From contig JBJKYD010000010.1 in NCBI GenBank assembly GCA_045561295.1, forward strand, positions 92,125 to 156,124: a DNA stretch of 64,000 nt, given 5' to 3'. The notes beneath the pieces were generated by a model, which saw only the letters and a list, made by a program, of their open reading frames with translations, searched no databases and was not told the DNA's origin. The position numbers and the translations under genes were made by a program. Below, piece after piece: positions 35,723 through 46,584 of the stretch. Within the stretch, counting starts at the first letter, position 1. The number at the start of each line of letters is the position of its first letter. This DNA is from Gammaproteobacteria bacterium (GTDB taxonomy: Bacteria > Pseudomonadota > Gammaproteobacteria > GCA-002705445 > GCA-002716945).

Positions 35723-38139
35723 TTGATTACAAAATTAACTAATTTGTTTGATATATAAATTGTTTTAATAATATTCTTATCTTTAATCAACTCTAATACT
35801 TTTTTATCTTCCTCAGCAAGCTTTATAACTTCTTTTTCGTTTGAACCAGGGCTAACATTTATCTTGCTCCTAAGCTTACCATTAATCTGTATAATTATCT
35901 GAATTTCCTCATCATGATTAGTAACATCAAACTTTTTAGGCCAATTTGGGTTTGATGCATGCTTGTTATCAAATTCAGACAAAACTGCATAACATATATG
36001 AGGAGTAATTGGATACAGAAGCTTTGTTAAAACCTGAATACATTGGGATGCAATATCATTGCTTATTGTATTTTCTTGGAAGTATTTCGATAGTAAATTA
36101 TAAAATTCCATTATTGCAGCAATTGCAGTATTGAACGACTTCCTCTCAAAAATATCAGCAGAGACTTTATCTATAGTATTATTTAATTTATTTAACAATT
36201 TATTATCATTTAAATCATTAGTGTGTTGTTTTGATAATTTAATCGAATAAGATAATTTCCAAAATCTTTTAAGAAATCTATAACCACCTTCTATAGCTGA
36301 GTCTGACCACTCTAAATTTTGTTCAGGCGGCGCCGCAAATAAAATAAAGAACCTAATTGTGTCAGCTCCATATTTTTTTATAATTTTATCAGGGTCAACG
36401 GTATTACCTTTTGATTTTGACATCTTGGATCCATCTTTAAGTACCATTCCCTGAGATAGTAGTGATTCGAATGGCTCATCATTATCTACAATGTTTTCAT
36501 CCTTGAGGAGCTTGAAAAAAAATCTTGCATATAAAAGGTGCAATATTGCATGTTCAATTCCGCCTATATATTGATCCACAGGAAGCCATGATTTGAACTT
36601 CTTATCACACATTTCTTTATTATTTGCAGGATCTAAGAATCGTAAATAATACCAGGATGATTCAAAAAAAGTATCAAAAGTATCTGTTTCCCTCGTAGCT
36701 TTTTTCCCAGTGTACGGACATATCATATTCTTCCATTTATTATTTTTATCAAGCGGGTTTCCATCTCCGCTTAGATCTACATCTTCAGGAAGTTCTACGG
36801 GTAGATCTTTTTCTGGAACAGGGTAAACACTACCGTCTTCATGATAGAAAACAGGTATAGGACATCCCCAGTATCTCTGTCTTGATATTCCCCAGTCTCT
36901 CAAACGATAAGATGTGACTTCTTCTCCTATATGATTATCATTACAATATTTTGATATCTTACCCTTGGCATCTTGCGACTCCAGTCCATTAAATTTATCT
37001 GAATTAATTAGTAGTCCAGAGTCAATGAATGGTAAATCATTCTCTTTATTTATGTTTTCTATAACCTGGATAATATCTAATTTAAATTTATTCGAGAATT
37101 CAAAATCTCTAGTATCATGAGCTGGAACACCCATCACCACACCAGTACCATAATTATCGAGAACATAATTTGTTATCCACAATGGAATTTTTTTATTTGT
37201 AAGTGGATGAATACAGTAAAGTTCAGTAAATATTCCGTCTTTTTCTAATTTAGAAGACGCTTCTTCAGAAAGTGTTAGTTTTTGATACTCTTCAATGAAT
37301 TCCTTAATATTTTTGTTATGTTCTAGCAACTCTTTTGCTAACGAGTGGTTGATACTAATTGCAATAAAAGTAACACCAAATAGTGTGTCTGGTCTAGTGG
37401 TAAAGGCAGTTAATATTTGATCCCTTTCTGCTAGTTTAAAGTTTATATTTAATCCTTTTGATTTACCTATCCAGTTTTTTTGCATGAGTTTGACGGGTTC
37501 TGGCCAATTTGGAAGTTTATCAAGGTCTTTCAATAGAGCATCTGAATAATCAGTGATTTTAAGAAACCACTGTGGAATTTCTTTGCGCTCAACTAAAGCT
37601 CCTGACCTCCAACCTCTACCATCAATAACTTGCTCATTTGCAAGTACAGTCTTATCAACTGGGTCCCAATTAACCTCTGATAATTTTCGATAAACAAGTC
37701 CTTTTTTAAGTAGTTGAATAAAAAACCATTGCTCCCATCGAAAATAATTTGGATCAGCGGTAGATACTTCATTTTCCCAGTCATATAAAATGCCAATATT
37801 TTTAAGCTGTTCTTTCATATGTGCAATATTCTTTCTTGTCCACTCTTCTGGATGAACATTATTCTTAATAGCGGCATTTTCTGCTGGAAGCCCAAATGCA
37901 TCCCACCCCATTGGTTGAAATACATTTTTTCCAATCATCTTATGTGACCTTGTAATAACGTCACCAATTGTATAATTTCTAACATGGCCTATGTGTAGCT
38001 TGCCACTTGGATATGGAAACATGCTTAGTACATAATATTTGTTAGTGCTATCAGAAAAATTTACTTTAGAAGATGTATTATCATTCCAAGCAGTTTGCGC
38101 TATTTTTTCAATATCAGCAGGTTGATAGTCTTTATTCAT
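35719..38139 (-). CDS. leuS: Leucine--tRNA ligase
   Basis: MFPYPSGKLHIGH, GWDAFGLPAENAA, WGISRQRYWG and KMSKS motifs. Confidence 0.98.
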   Translation of the reverse strand: MNKDYQPADIEKIAQTAWNDNTSSKVNFSDSTNKYYVLSMFPYPSGKLHIGHVRNYTIGDVITRSHKMIGKNVFQPMGWDAFGLPAENAAIKNNVHPEEWTRKNIAHMKEQLKNIGILYDWENEVSTADPNYFRWEQWFFIQLLKKGLVYRKLSEVNWDPVDKTVLANEQVIDGRGWRSGALVERKEIPQWFLKITDYSDALLKDLDKLPNWPEPVKLMQKNWIGKSKGLNINFKLAERDQILTAFTTRPDTLFGVTFIAISINHSLAKELLEHNKNIKEFIEEYQKLTLSEEASSKLEKDGIFTELYCIHPLTNKKIPLWITNYVLDNYGTGVVMGVPAHDTRDFEFSNKFKLDIIQVIENINKENDLPFIDSGLLINSDKFNGLESQDAKGKISKYCNDNHIGEEVTSYRLRDWGISRQRYWGCPIPVFYHEDGSVYPVPEKDLPVELPEDVDLSGDGNPLDKNNKWKNMICPYTGKKATRETDTFDTFFESSWYYLRFLDPANNKEMCDKKFKSWLPVDQYIGGIEHAILHLLYARFFFKLLKDENIVDNDEPFESLLSQGMVLKDGSKMSKSKGNTVDPDKIIKKYGADTIRFFILFAAPPEQNLEWSDSAIEGGYRFLKRFWKLSYSIKLSKQHTNDLNDNKLLNKLNNTIDKVSADIFERKSFNTAIAAIMEFYNLLSKYFQENTISNDIASQCIQVLTKLLYPITPHICYAVLSEFDNKHASNPNWPKKFDVTNHDEEIQIIIQINGKLRSKINVSPGSNEKEVIKLAEEDKKVLELIKDKNIIKTIYISNKLVNFVIK

Positions 38140-39582
38140 TTATTTATGTCTAATTAATCCCTTAGAAAGCAGTGTCAAAAATAGTAACATCAAAACAAAT
38201 ATATCTCCATATCGAGAATAGAATGATCTGTCTAAATTTATTGGTGCGGAACCTGATAATCTGCCCTGTTTATTGATAGGAATATATTCAACGATTTCTC
38301 CATAATTATTTATGACAGCGCTCAACCCAGTGTTTGCTGCTCTCAATATATACCTATTGAATTCAAGTGCTCTAATTTGCGTAATCTGGAGGTGTTGGTA
38401 TGGGCCTAAGCTATTACCAAACCAGCCATCATTGCTGATGTTTATTATAATTTCGTTTTCAATATCAGACTTCAGCAAGTTTGGAAATGTACTTTCAAAA
38501 CAAATCAAAGGTAACAGTTTAGTATTATTAAAGAAAATTTCTTTTTGAGAATCAGGTCCATGAGACAAGTTCGATAGTGGTATATCAAGTGAATCTGATA
38601 ATTTAATAACTGTATCATACCAAGGAGTATATTCTCCAAATGGAACAAGTTTTCTCTTATGGTAGTAATCAACTTTTTCAGAGAAAAAAACCATGCTATT
38701 AAAATAGTTGCTCTCAGATTTTGTAAAAAATCCAGCAATGATAATATTACTCTTATTAGACACCGTCATTATCTTTTCTAATAGTTTATTATTATTATTT
38801 AAAGCATATGGCGTTATAGTTTCAGGAAGAATAATTAAGTCAGTAGAGATTTTTTCATCAAGAAATTTAATATACTGATTTATAATATCTTGATATTCGT
38901 CAGTGTCGTATATTTTATCTGGATATATGTTCGGTTGATATATTGTATAACTAATATATTCATCATACTTTACTTCCTCATTGTTGCTAATGAAATATGT
39001 TGATAGATATGTTGATCCCAATATTATTGATAGCAAGATATATTGCTTATGTTTAACTTGAAATGACTTATAGAATAAAGATGACATTAATACGACTATA
39101 TAACTAACCATAAATGTTCCAAATACTGGATATATAAAATTAAAAATAGTTCCGTTTTGGGAGTTTCCAATCAAAAGCCATGGAAATCCTCCAAAAAAAA
39201 GAGATTTAATATACTCGGCTACTAAAAATAAAACTGCAAGTAAATTAATATTATAAATACCATTTTTTTTAATTGGCTTATGTAATAATGCAATTGATAT
39301 ATAAGGTAGACTTATTATTATTATAAATAATGTCGTAACCAGGATGCTCCCGACTATGCTCATAAGGCCATATGTCATCAAACTCTCACTTACCCAAGAG
39401 ACACCGAACGCATGAATGAGAAATGCATAAAAGAACGTATATCTTATTTTATTTTTGAGTGAAACATCCTCAACCACTTTAAAGAAAATAACCAGAGAAA
39501 CAAAAATCAGAATCTTATAGTTAAACGGAGAATATGATAAAACATATAATGCCGCAGAAAATAATAAGGAAAATAACTTCAA
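38140..39582 (-). CDS. lnt: Apolipoprotein N-acyltransferase
   Basis: GGFPW, QPNI, LPET, KRKLVPFGEY, ICFE, SNDGWFG and RAANTGLS motifs. Confidence 0.95.
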   Translation of the reverse strand: MKLFSLLFSAALYVLSYSPFNYKILIFVSLVIFFKVVEDVSLKNKIRYTFFYAFLIHAFGVSWVSESLMTYGLMSIVGSILVTTLFIIIISLPYISIALLHKPIKKNGIYNINLLAVLFLVAEYIKSLFFGGFPWLLIGNSQNGTIFNFIYPVFGTFMVSYIVVLMSSLFYKSFQVKHKQYILLSIILGSTYLSTYFISNNEEVKYDEYISYTIYQPNIYPDKIYDTDEYQDIINQYIKFLDEKISTDLIILPETITPYALNNNNKLLEKIMTVSNKSNIIIAGFFTKSESNYFNSMVFFSEKVDYYHKRKLVPFGEYTPWYDTVIKLSDSLDIPLSNLSHGPDSQKEIFFNNTKLLPLICFESTFPNLLKSDIENEIIINISNDGWFGNSLGPYQHLQITQIRALEFNRYILRAANTGLSAVINNYGEIVEYIPINKQGRLSGSAPINLDRSFYSRYGDIFVLMLLFLTLLSKGLIRHK

Positions 39583-40415
39583 GAGCTATTATTATCTTTT
39601 TTAATGATTAGTTGTATGCGGTTGATTTTTTTTGAATCTGCTGACAAAACTGTAAAAATAAAATTATTTATTTCAATAATTTCTTGTTTTGTTGGAACTT
39701 TTTCAAATTTATTAATTAGAAAACCACCTAAAGTTTCTATATCTTCGTCTACAAATGACGTATTAAATCTCTCATTAAAATCATCCAAGGCAAGTAGGGC
39801 ATCAATTATATATTTATTGTGTGCTTGCTGAATTATGAACTCTCTAGATGATACATCATGCTCATCATCAATTTCACCTATTATTTCCTCAATTAGATCC
39901 TCAAGAGTAACAAGTCCGGACACGTTACTATGTTCATCAATAACGATAGCTATATGATTACGACTAGCTTTAAAATCATTTAACAAGATATTCAGCCTTT
40001 TACTCTCAGGAATGAATGTTGCTGGTCTCATATAGTCATGGAGATCAAAATCATTATTTGTATTAATTTGATTTTTCAGTAAATCTTTTGCATGAAGTAT
40101 ACCTATAATTTCATCAAGCTTCCCATTAATTACCGGAAATCTTGAGTGTCCTGATTCAATGACCTTAGTTATCACGGTATTAAGTTCTTCATTAACATCA
40201 ATAGCAATTACATGCGGTCTTGGTATCATAATTTCCCTAACTGGAATTTCAGAGACACTGAATACACCTAATATCATCTGATACGAATCTTGACTTATAA
40301 GGTTATCGTTAGCGGCAGTAGTTAGAAGTGAGATTAAATCTTTCTTATCTTTTGGGCTATCTCCTAAAAGATCTTTAATCTTATCAAACCATGAATTATC
40401 TTTAGCTTCTGACAT
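39579..40415 (-). CDS. corC: CBS-domain Mg/Co transport-associated protein CorC (YbeX); start at MSEAK preferred
   Basis: VREIMIPR, SGHSRFPV, GLVTLEDLIEEIIGEIDDEHD motifs; synteny. Confidence 0.92.
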   Translation of the reverse strand: MSEAKDNSWFDKIKDLLGDSPKDKKDLISLLTTAANDNLISQDSYQMILGVFSVSEIPVREIMIPRPHVIAIDVNEELNTVITKVIESGHSRFPVINGKLDEIIGILHAKDLLKNQINTNNDFDLHDYMRPATFIPESKRLNILLNDFKASRNHIAIVIDEHSNVSGLVTLEDLIEEIIGEIDDEHDVSSREFIIQQAHNKYIIDALLALDDFNERFNTSFVDEDIETLGGFLINKFEKVPTKQEIIEINNFIFTVLSADSKKINRIQLIIKKDNNSS

Positions 40416-40854
40416 ATGGGTTTCCATAATTCATATCTGCTAACAATTTCATCTCTAATTTTTCCATTTTTAATCGATTTCTGGTTACATTATGTGTGTA
40501 TCCTTGAAGGTGTAACATAGAGTGAATAATCATATGTGCCCATCTAAGCTTCGATGGAAGTCCGAATTCTTTTGCTTCTTGATTGATAATTTTCGGACAT
40601 AGAACAATATCGCCAGAAGAAGTATTTTTATCATTATCTGGGAATGTTAAAACGTTAGTAGCATGATCATTATTTAGATAGTTTTTATTAAGTGTTCTGA
40701 TTCTCTGGTGTCCAACAAATATTATGTTTACATGAGATAGAACATCTTTCATTAAGCTTATTAGTATCCACTTTTTTATAATTCGTGAAGATGGAATATA
40801 ATGCTTCTTAATATAGGTTATGTAATTAATCTTTATTTTTTTTTCTTTTTCCAT
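40402..40854 (-). CDS. ybeY: rRNA maturation endoribonuclease YbeY
   Basis: TNVLTFP, GDIVLCP and HMIIHSMLHLQGYTH motifs. Confidence 0.93.
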   Translation of the reverse strand: MEKEKKIKINYITYIKKHYIPSSRIIKKWILISLMKDVLSHVNIIFVGHQRIRTLNKNYLNNDHATNVLTFPDNDKNTSSGDIVLCPKIINQEAKEFGLPSKLRWAHMIIHSMLHLQGYTHNVTRNRLKMEKLEMKLLADMNYGNPYVRS

Positions 40855-41803
40855 ATTCAGTAATAATAGATGTTACTATTTTATGCCTCATTACATCTTT
40901 TGGTTCAAAGTTGACCGCATCTATGCCTTTAATTTTTAAGATAAATTCTAAACAATCTTTAAGTCCTGATGATGATTCCCTGGGAAGATCAATTTGACTT
41001 ACGTCTCCAGTAACAACTGTGGACGAACCATAACCTATCCTTGTAAGAAACATCTGCATTTGTGAAATAGTAGTATTTTGTGCCTCATCTAAGATGATGA
41101 ACGCATCATTAAGAGTTCTACCTCTCATATAAGCCAGTGGGGCAATCTCAATTATATTTTTTTCTAAAAGCTTGTTTACATTATCAAAACCTAAACATTC
41201 ATATAGAGAATCATATAGAGGCTGTAAATATGGATCAATTTTTTCTGCTAAGTCCCCGGGAAGAAATCCAAGTTTCTCACCTGCCTCTATAGCTGGTCTC
41301 ACTAAAATTATCTTTTTTACATGACCATTTTCAAGAGCATAGACAGCAGATGCTACAGCAAGAAATGTCTTCCCAGTGCCGGCTGCTCCGATTCCAAATG
41401 TAATTGTATTTTTATTTATAGTGTCGATGAATTTCTTTTGATTAATTGATTTTGGTTTAATAATTATTTTCTTTAGTTTAATATTATGTTTCGTTTCATT
41501 TTCATAATCATGAGATAATAATTCTCCAGAGTTATTAAGATACAAATGTAATTGTTTCGGCGTAATTTCTTCATTTCCGGACAGGTCATACATTCTCTCA
41601 ATAAAATTAGATGTACTAGCAACATTTTCATTATCTCCAGTAATTTTAAAAGAATTGCCTCTATTAGATATTTCTACATCAAAAAAGATTTCTATTTGTC
41701 TGATATTTTTATCTAGTAAGCCACATAAATTAGCAAGTCTATCGTTATCTATAGGCTCTAACTTTATGATATTTTGGTTAAAATTATTTTGAGGAGATTT
41801 CAT
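40826..41803 (-). CDS. ybeZ: PhoH-family ATPase (YbeZ)
   Basis: GAAGTGKT, GEKLGFLPGD, APLAYMRGRTL and DEAQN motifs; miaB-ybeZ-ybeY synteny. Confidence 0.94.
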   Translation of the reverse strand: MKSPQNNFNQNIIKLEPIDNDRLANLCGLLDKNIRQIEIFFDVEISNRGNSFKITGDNENVASTSNFIERMYDLSGNEEITPKQLHLYLNNSGELLSHDYENETKHNIKLKKIIIKPKSINQKKFIDTINKNTITFGIGAAGTGKTFLAVASAVYALENGHVKKIILVRPAIEAGEKLGFLPGDLAEKIDPYLQPLYDSLYECLGFDNVNKLLEKNIIEIAPLAYMRGRTLNDAFIILDEAQNTTISQMQMFLTRIGYGSSTVVTGDVSQIDLPRESSSGLKDCLEFILKIKGIDAVNFEPKDVMRHKIVTSIITEYGKRKKNKD

Positions 41804-41809
41804 TATTTA

Positions 41810-43135
41810 TTAAATACATCCATATAGAGAGCTTCGATTTGCTTTTGATATTTCGACCTCTATGCTTTTACCAACGAGGTCATCAGGAGCGATAAAACGA
41901 ACGATTTTATTTGTAAACGTTCTTCCATAAAGTTCGCCGTTTGTTTTTTTTGACTTCCCTTCGACTAAAATACGTTGTTTAGTATTCACAAGTTGTGATA
42001 GATATTTCTCTGAATTTTTCCTTAAAAGATTTTGTACCTTGGATAATCTTTCTTTTTTTTCTTCTAGAGAAACATTATCAATTTCTGATGATGCAATTGT
42101 TCCCGGCCTTTTACTATAGATAAAACTATAACCATCGTCGAATTCAATGTCCGAAATTAAGTCTAAAGTTTCTTGAAAATGATCTTCAGTTTCGCCCGGG
42201 TATCCTATGATAAAATCTGATGTTACACTAATGTCTGGTCTTACAGATCTTACTTTTCTAATCATATTCTTATATTCCAAAGCAGTATGTTTACGTTTCA
42301 TTTTAGAGAGTATAAAATCTGACCCAGATTGAATTGGTAGATGTAAATTGCTACATAATTTTTTATTATTATATTCATTTATTAGATCATCGGAAAAATC
42401 TATTGGGTGTGATGTGGTGTGACGTATTCTCTCAATACCTTCAACTTTTGAAATGTACCTTATCAACTCTGAAAAGTTTATGGGCTTATTATCTTTCTGT
42501 CTTATTCCTTTGTATGCATTAACATTTTGACCAAGTAATATAATTTCTTTGACGCCATTCTTAGCAAGATTAGAGACTTCATAAATAATTCCATCCAGTG
42601 TTCTGCTTATTTCTTCTCCTCTGGTATAAGGAACGACGCAGAAAGTACAATATTTACTGCATCCTTCCATAATTGATACATATTGAGATACATTTGATTT
42701 TTTACTTTGAGGTATATAATCAAACTTCTCAATCAACGGGAAAGTCACATCAACAGGTTTACTTTCCTTTGTAAGGACATCATCTATCATTTTAGGCAAC
42801 CGATGCAAAGTTTGAGGGCCAAATACAATATCTACCTCGGGCGCTCTTTGTTGAATATTTTTTCCTTCTTGAGTAGCAACACATCCTCCGACAGCTATTA
42901 ACGTACCTGGGTTATTTTTTTTAATTTTTCTCCATCTACCTAATTCTGAAAAGACCTTCTCTTGTGCTTTTTCTCTAATGGAACATGTATTAAGGATTAA
43001 TAAATCTGCTTGAGATGGGTCATCTATGTGGGTCATATTATAATGGTGCGCAAGTAGATCAGATATCTTATCAGAATCATATTGATTCATCTGACAACCT
43101 TGAGATTTAATGAAGTACTTTTTATTTTTTATCAT
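41810..43135 (-). CDS. miaB: tRNA-2-methylthio-N6-dimethylallyladenosine synthase
   Basis: GCQMNQYDS, NTCSIREKA, radical SAM CSKYCTFC and a C-terminal TRAM domain. Confidence 0.97.
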   Translation of the reverse strand: MIKNKKYFIKSQGCQMNQYDSDKISDLLAHHYNMTHIDDPSQADLLILNTCSIREKAQEKVFSELGRWRKIKKNNPGTLIAVGGCVATQEGKNIQQRAPEVDIVFGPQTLHRLPKMIDDVLTKESKPVDVTFPLIEKFDYIPQSKKSNVSQYVSIMEGCSKYCTFCVVPYTRGEEISRTLDGIIYEVSNLAKNGVKEIILLGQNVNAYKGIRQKDNKPINFSELIRYISKVEGIERIRHTTSHPIDFSDDLINEYNNKKLCSNLHLPIQSGSDFILSKMKRKHTALEYKNMIRKVRSVRPDISVTSDFIIGYPGETEDHFQETLDLISDIEFDDGYSFIYSKRPGTIASSEIDNVSLEEKKERLSKVQNLLRKNSEKYLSQLVNTKQRILVEGKSKKTNGELYGRTFTNKIVRFIAPDDLVGKSIEVEISKANRSSLYGCI

Positions 43136-43138
43136 TTA

Positions 43139-43564
43139 TTAAAAAGGTATGTCTTCATCCTTTATGATATCTTGATTTGAAAAATCACTATTTTCTTGAT
43201 TTTTTTGCGGTGCAGGGTTATCAACTGAATCTGACTTACTTCCCACAAAAGTGAAATTATCCGAAATTATATCAGTAGAATACTTCTCAACTCCGTCTTT
43301 ATCTTGCCATTTCCTAGTTTGCAATCGTCCTTCAACATATAGCTGTTGGCCTTTTCTGACATATTGACCAATAGTTTCTGCAGGTTTATTAAAAAACACT
43401 ACTCTATGCCACTCTGTTTTATCTTCGTATGAACCTGAGTCTTGATTCTTAAATTTCCTATTTGTTGCTATAGAAAGATTAACAACTGCATTCCCGCTAG
43501 GCATGAATTTTACCTCCGGGTCATTACCAACCCTACCTAGCAATATAACTTTATTTACTGACAA
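43139..43564 (-). CDS. ssb: Single-stranded DNA-binding protein
   Basis: VNKVILLG, TEWHRV and the C-terminal DEDIPF; TTG start with AGGAG. Confidence 0.97.
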   Translation of the reverse strand: MSVNKVILLGRVGNDPEVKFMPSGNAVVNLSIATNRKFKNQDSGSYEDKTEWHRVVFFNKPAETIGQYVRKGQQLYVEGRLQTRKWQDKDGVEKYSTDIISDNFTFVGSKSDSVDNPAPQKNQENSDFSNQDIIKDEDIPF

Positions 43565-43733
43565 TACTGGCTCCTATAGAAATAGTATTTAGACATTTTA
43601 GTGCCCCACACATCAGATATTACAGTAGTAAAAAAGAAAATACCACTTAATCCAGTTCTCAGATGTATTAATCATCTATTATGTATATGTAAAGTCTTGA
43701 GTTTATAGGGTTAAAAAATGCTATTATCCTAAA

Positions 43734-46583
43734 GTGGAAAAATTCATCAAAATCAAAGGCGCAAGAACTCATAACCTTAAAAATATTAATCTTGAACTTC
43801 CAAAAAATAATCTTATAACAATTACAGGACTATCGGGGTCAGGAAAATCATCTTTAGCGTTCGATACTATTTTTGCTGAGGGACAGAGGCGCTATGTTGA
43901 ATCTTTGTCAGCTTATGCTAGACAGTTTCTATCGATGGTTGACAAACCTGATGTTGATAAAATAGAGGGTCTCTCGCCAGCTATATCAATAGAACAAAAA
44001 TCAACCTCGCACAATCCAAGATCCACAGTAGGAACAGTTACTGAAATATATGATTATCTAAGACTCCTATATGCAAGGATAGGAGATCCAAAATGTCCTG
44101 AACATAATGTCAGTCTCGATGCTATGTCTACGTCAGATATGTTCACTAAACTTATTGAGACCTCTGAGGATACAACAGTATTAATTTTATCACCTATTGT
44201 TAAAGAACAAAAAGGTGAACATGTAAAAACAATTCAAAACTTTTCACAACAAGGATTTAATAGAGTGCGTGTGAATGGTGAAATCCATAAAATTACTGAT
44301 ATATCAAAACATATGGTGGGTCATATTATAGATCCTAAGAAGAAAAATAATATAGAAGTAGTAATTGACAGAGTAGAGATTAATCAAATAAATAAATTAA
44401 GAATCATTGAATCCTTAAACTCTTCCTCAGAAATTTCCGATGGCATCATATATATATCAGAGGTGGACAAAAAAGAGGAATATATTTTCTCGACTAAATA
44501 TGCTTGTCCACATTGTGGATACTCTATCGGTAAGCTTGAACCAAAACTATTTTCTTTCAATTCTCCCTCCGGAGCATGTCAAAGGTGTGATGGTTTAGGT
44601 GTAGATGAATTTTTTGATGAAAATAAAATTATTGAGAATCCAGAGCTAAGCCTGAGTAATGGCGCTATTGCAGGTTGGGATACAAAAAATCAACTATATC
44701 ACTCCATGCTACTGTCGTTAGCTAAACACTTTGAGGTGGATCTAGACGTAAAATACTATAAGTTACCCCGAAGTTTTAAAAATGTACTATTTCATGGAAC
44801 AGATGAAGAAGTTAACTTTAATATCGTAAAACTTAATAAAAAAACAAAAAGATTTGTTAGTACAACTGAAGTAAAACCATGGGAAGGTATATGTAATATT
44901 TTTGAACGAAATTATAATAATGCATTCAGATTTAGTATAAAAAGATATTATGAAAGGTTTCTTACTGAAAGTATCTGTAGGGAATGTGATGGAGATAGAT
45001 TAAATATTTCTGCAAGAAATGTCTTTGTAGATAATAAATCTATTAGTGAAGTTTCTAAATTAAATGTTGAAGAAGCAATTAAATTCTTTAGTAATATTAA
45101 GCTTAGTAGTATGAAAAAGAAGATTTCTGAAAAAATTATTCATGAAATTTTATCTAGATTAAAATTTTTAAATAATGTTGGTCTGAAATATCTTACGTTA
45201 TCAAGAAGTGCTGAAACATTATCTGGAGGTGAGTCTCAAAGAATTAGATTAGCAAGTCAAATAGGCTCAGGGCTTACAGGAGTCATGTATGTTCTTGATG
45301 AGCCGTCAATAGGATTACATCAAAGAGATAATGATAAGTTGCTCACCACTCTAAAGAACCTTCGTGATTTAGGCAACACGGTGATAATTGTAGAACATGA
45401 TGAGGATACAATTTTAGCTTCTGATTATATAGTTGATATTGGTCCAAATGCTGGGGTGCATGGTGGTGAGGTCGTTTTTTCAGGAGAACCATCAAAGCTA
45501 AAAAACGTTTCATCTCATACATCAGATTTTATTGCTGGTAGAAATATTATAGAAATTCCTAACAAGCGATTGAATCCAAGTAAAAAATGGATTTCTATAT
45601 CAAAAGCAAATGCAAATAACCTTGATGATGTAAATGTGAAGATCCCTATTGGTCTTCTTACATGTATTACTGGTGTGTCAGGATCAGGTAAATCCTCATT
45701 AGTAAATAATGTCTTATACACATCAATAGTCAATAAGCTCCTAGATAACAATGAAGGCTTCGTTGAATGTGAGAGTATAGACGGAATTGATTATATAGAT
45801 AAAATTATAGATATAGATCAAAGTCCTATTGGAAGGACTCCAAGATCTAACCCTGTGACATATACTGGTATATTTTCTTTAATTAGAGAGGAGTTTGCTA
45901 AAAAACCTGAGTCAAAATCAAGAGGCTATACTCCCGGTAGATTTAGCTTTAACGTTAAGGGGAAAAACAATGGAGTATGTCCTCATTGTGACGGACAAGG
46001 TCAAATAAAGGTTGAAATGCACTTTCTATCAGATGTTTATGTGCAATGTGAAAAATGCAATGGTAAAAGATATAACGATGAGACTCTCGAAATTAAATTA
46101 AATGATAAAAATATAAGTGATGTTTTAGATATGACAGTTGAGGAAGCCTTAGTATTTTTTAAAAATTATCCAAGAATTTATAAAAAACTTATAATACTGT
46201 CGGATGTAGGGTTAGGATATATTAAATTAGGTCAGAGCGCCATTACGCTATCTGGCGGAGAAGCACAAAGAATAAAGCTTGCTAAAGAGTTAATTAGACC
46301 TGACACAGGTCATACGCTTTATGTTTTAGATGAGCCAACAACGGGCTTACACAGCTATGATGTAAAAAATCTATTGAAAGTATTAGAAAGATTAAAAGAT
46401 AAAGGCAATACTATGATTATTATTGAGCATAATCTTGATGTAATAAAAACAGCAGATTGGATTATTGACTTAGGACCAGAGGGTGGAAATGGTGGTGGTA
46501 AAGTTATTGGGACTGGAACGCCTGAAGATTTAGCAGCAACTAAAAAATCTTATACTGGACAATATTTAAGCAATAAGATCTGA
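43734..46583 (+). CDS. uvrA: Excinuclease ABC subunit A
   Basis: GARTHNLKN, two Walker A motifs (GLSGSGKSS, GVSGSGKSS), zinc fingers and LSGGE signatures. Confidence 0.98.
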   Translation: MEKFIKIKGARTHNLKNINLELPKNNLITITGLSGSGKSSLAFDTIFAEGQRRYVESLSAYARQFLSMVDKPDVDKIEGLSPAISIEQKSTSHNPRSTVGTVTEIYDYLRLLYARIGDPKCPEHNVSLDAMSTSDMFTKLIETSEDTTVLILSPIVKEQKGEHVKTIQNFSQQGFNRVRVNGEIHKITDISKHMVGHIIDPKKKNNIEVVIDRVEINQINKLRIIESLNSSSEISDGIIYISEVDKKEEYIFSTKYACPHCGYSIGKLEPKLFSFNSPSGACQRCDGLGVDEFFDENKIIENPELSLSNGAIAGWDTKNQLYHSMLLSLAKHFEVDLDVKYYKLPRSFKNVLFHGTDEEVNFNIVKLNKKTKRFVSTTEVKPWEGICNIFERNYNNAFRFSIKRYYERFLTESICRECDGDRLNISARNVFVDNKSISEVSKLNVEEAIKFFSNIKLSSMKKKISEKIIHEILSRLKFLNNVGLKYLTLSRSAETLSGGESQRIRLASQIGSGLTGVMYVLDEPSIGLHQRDNDKLLTTLKNLRDLGNTVIIVEHDEDTILASDYIVDIGPNAGVHGGEVVFSGEPSKLKNVSSHTSDFIAGRNIIEIPNKRLNPSKKWISISKANANNLDDVNVKIPIGLLTCITGVSGSGKSSLVNNVLYTSIVNKLLDNNEGFVECESIDGIDYIDKIIDIDQSPIGRTPRSNPVTYTGIFSLIREEFAKKPESKSRGYTPGRFSFNVKGKNNGVCPHCDGQGQIKVEMHFLSDVYVQCEKCNGKRYNDETLEIKLNDKNISDVLDMTVEEALVFFKNYPRIYKKLIILSDVGLGYIKLGQSAITLSGGEAQRIKLAKELIRPDTGHTLYVLDEPTTGLHSYDVKNLLKVLERLKDKGNTMIIIEHNLDVIKTADWIIDLGPEGGNGGGKVIGTGTPEDLAATKKSYTGQYLSNKI

Positions 46584-46584
46584 A

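Noticed and set aside
40826-41803. PhoH-family gene as part of the Pho regulon
   Set aside because: It is in the housekeeping miaB-ybeZ-ybeY-corC-lnt context with a 6-bp upstream gap and no Pho box seen.
43565-43733. LexA (SOS) box between ssb and uvrA
   Set aside because: No CTGT-N8-ACAG or close variant was found on either strand by eye.
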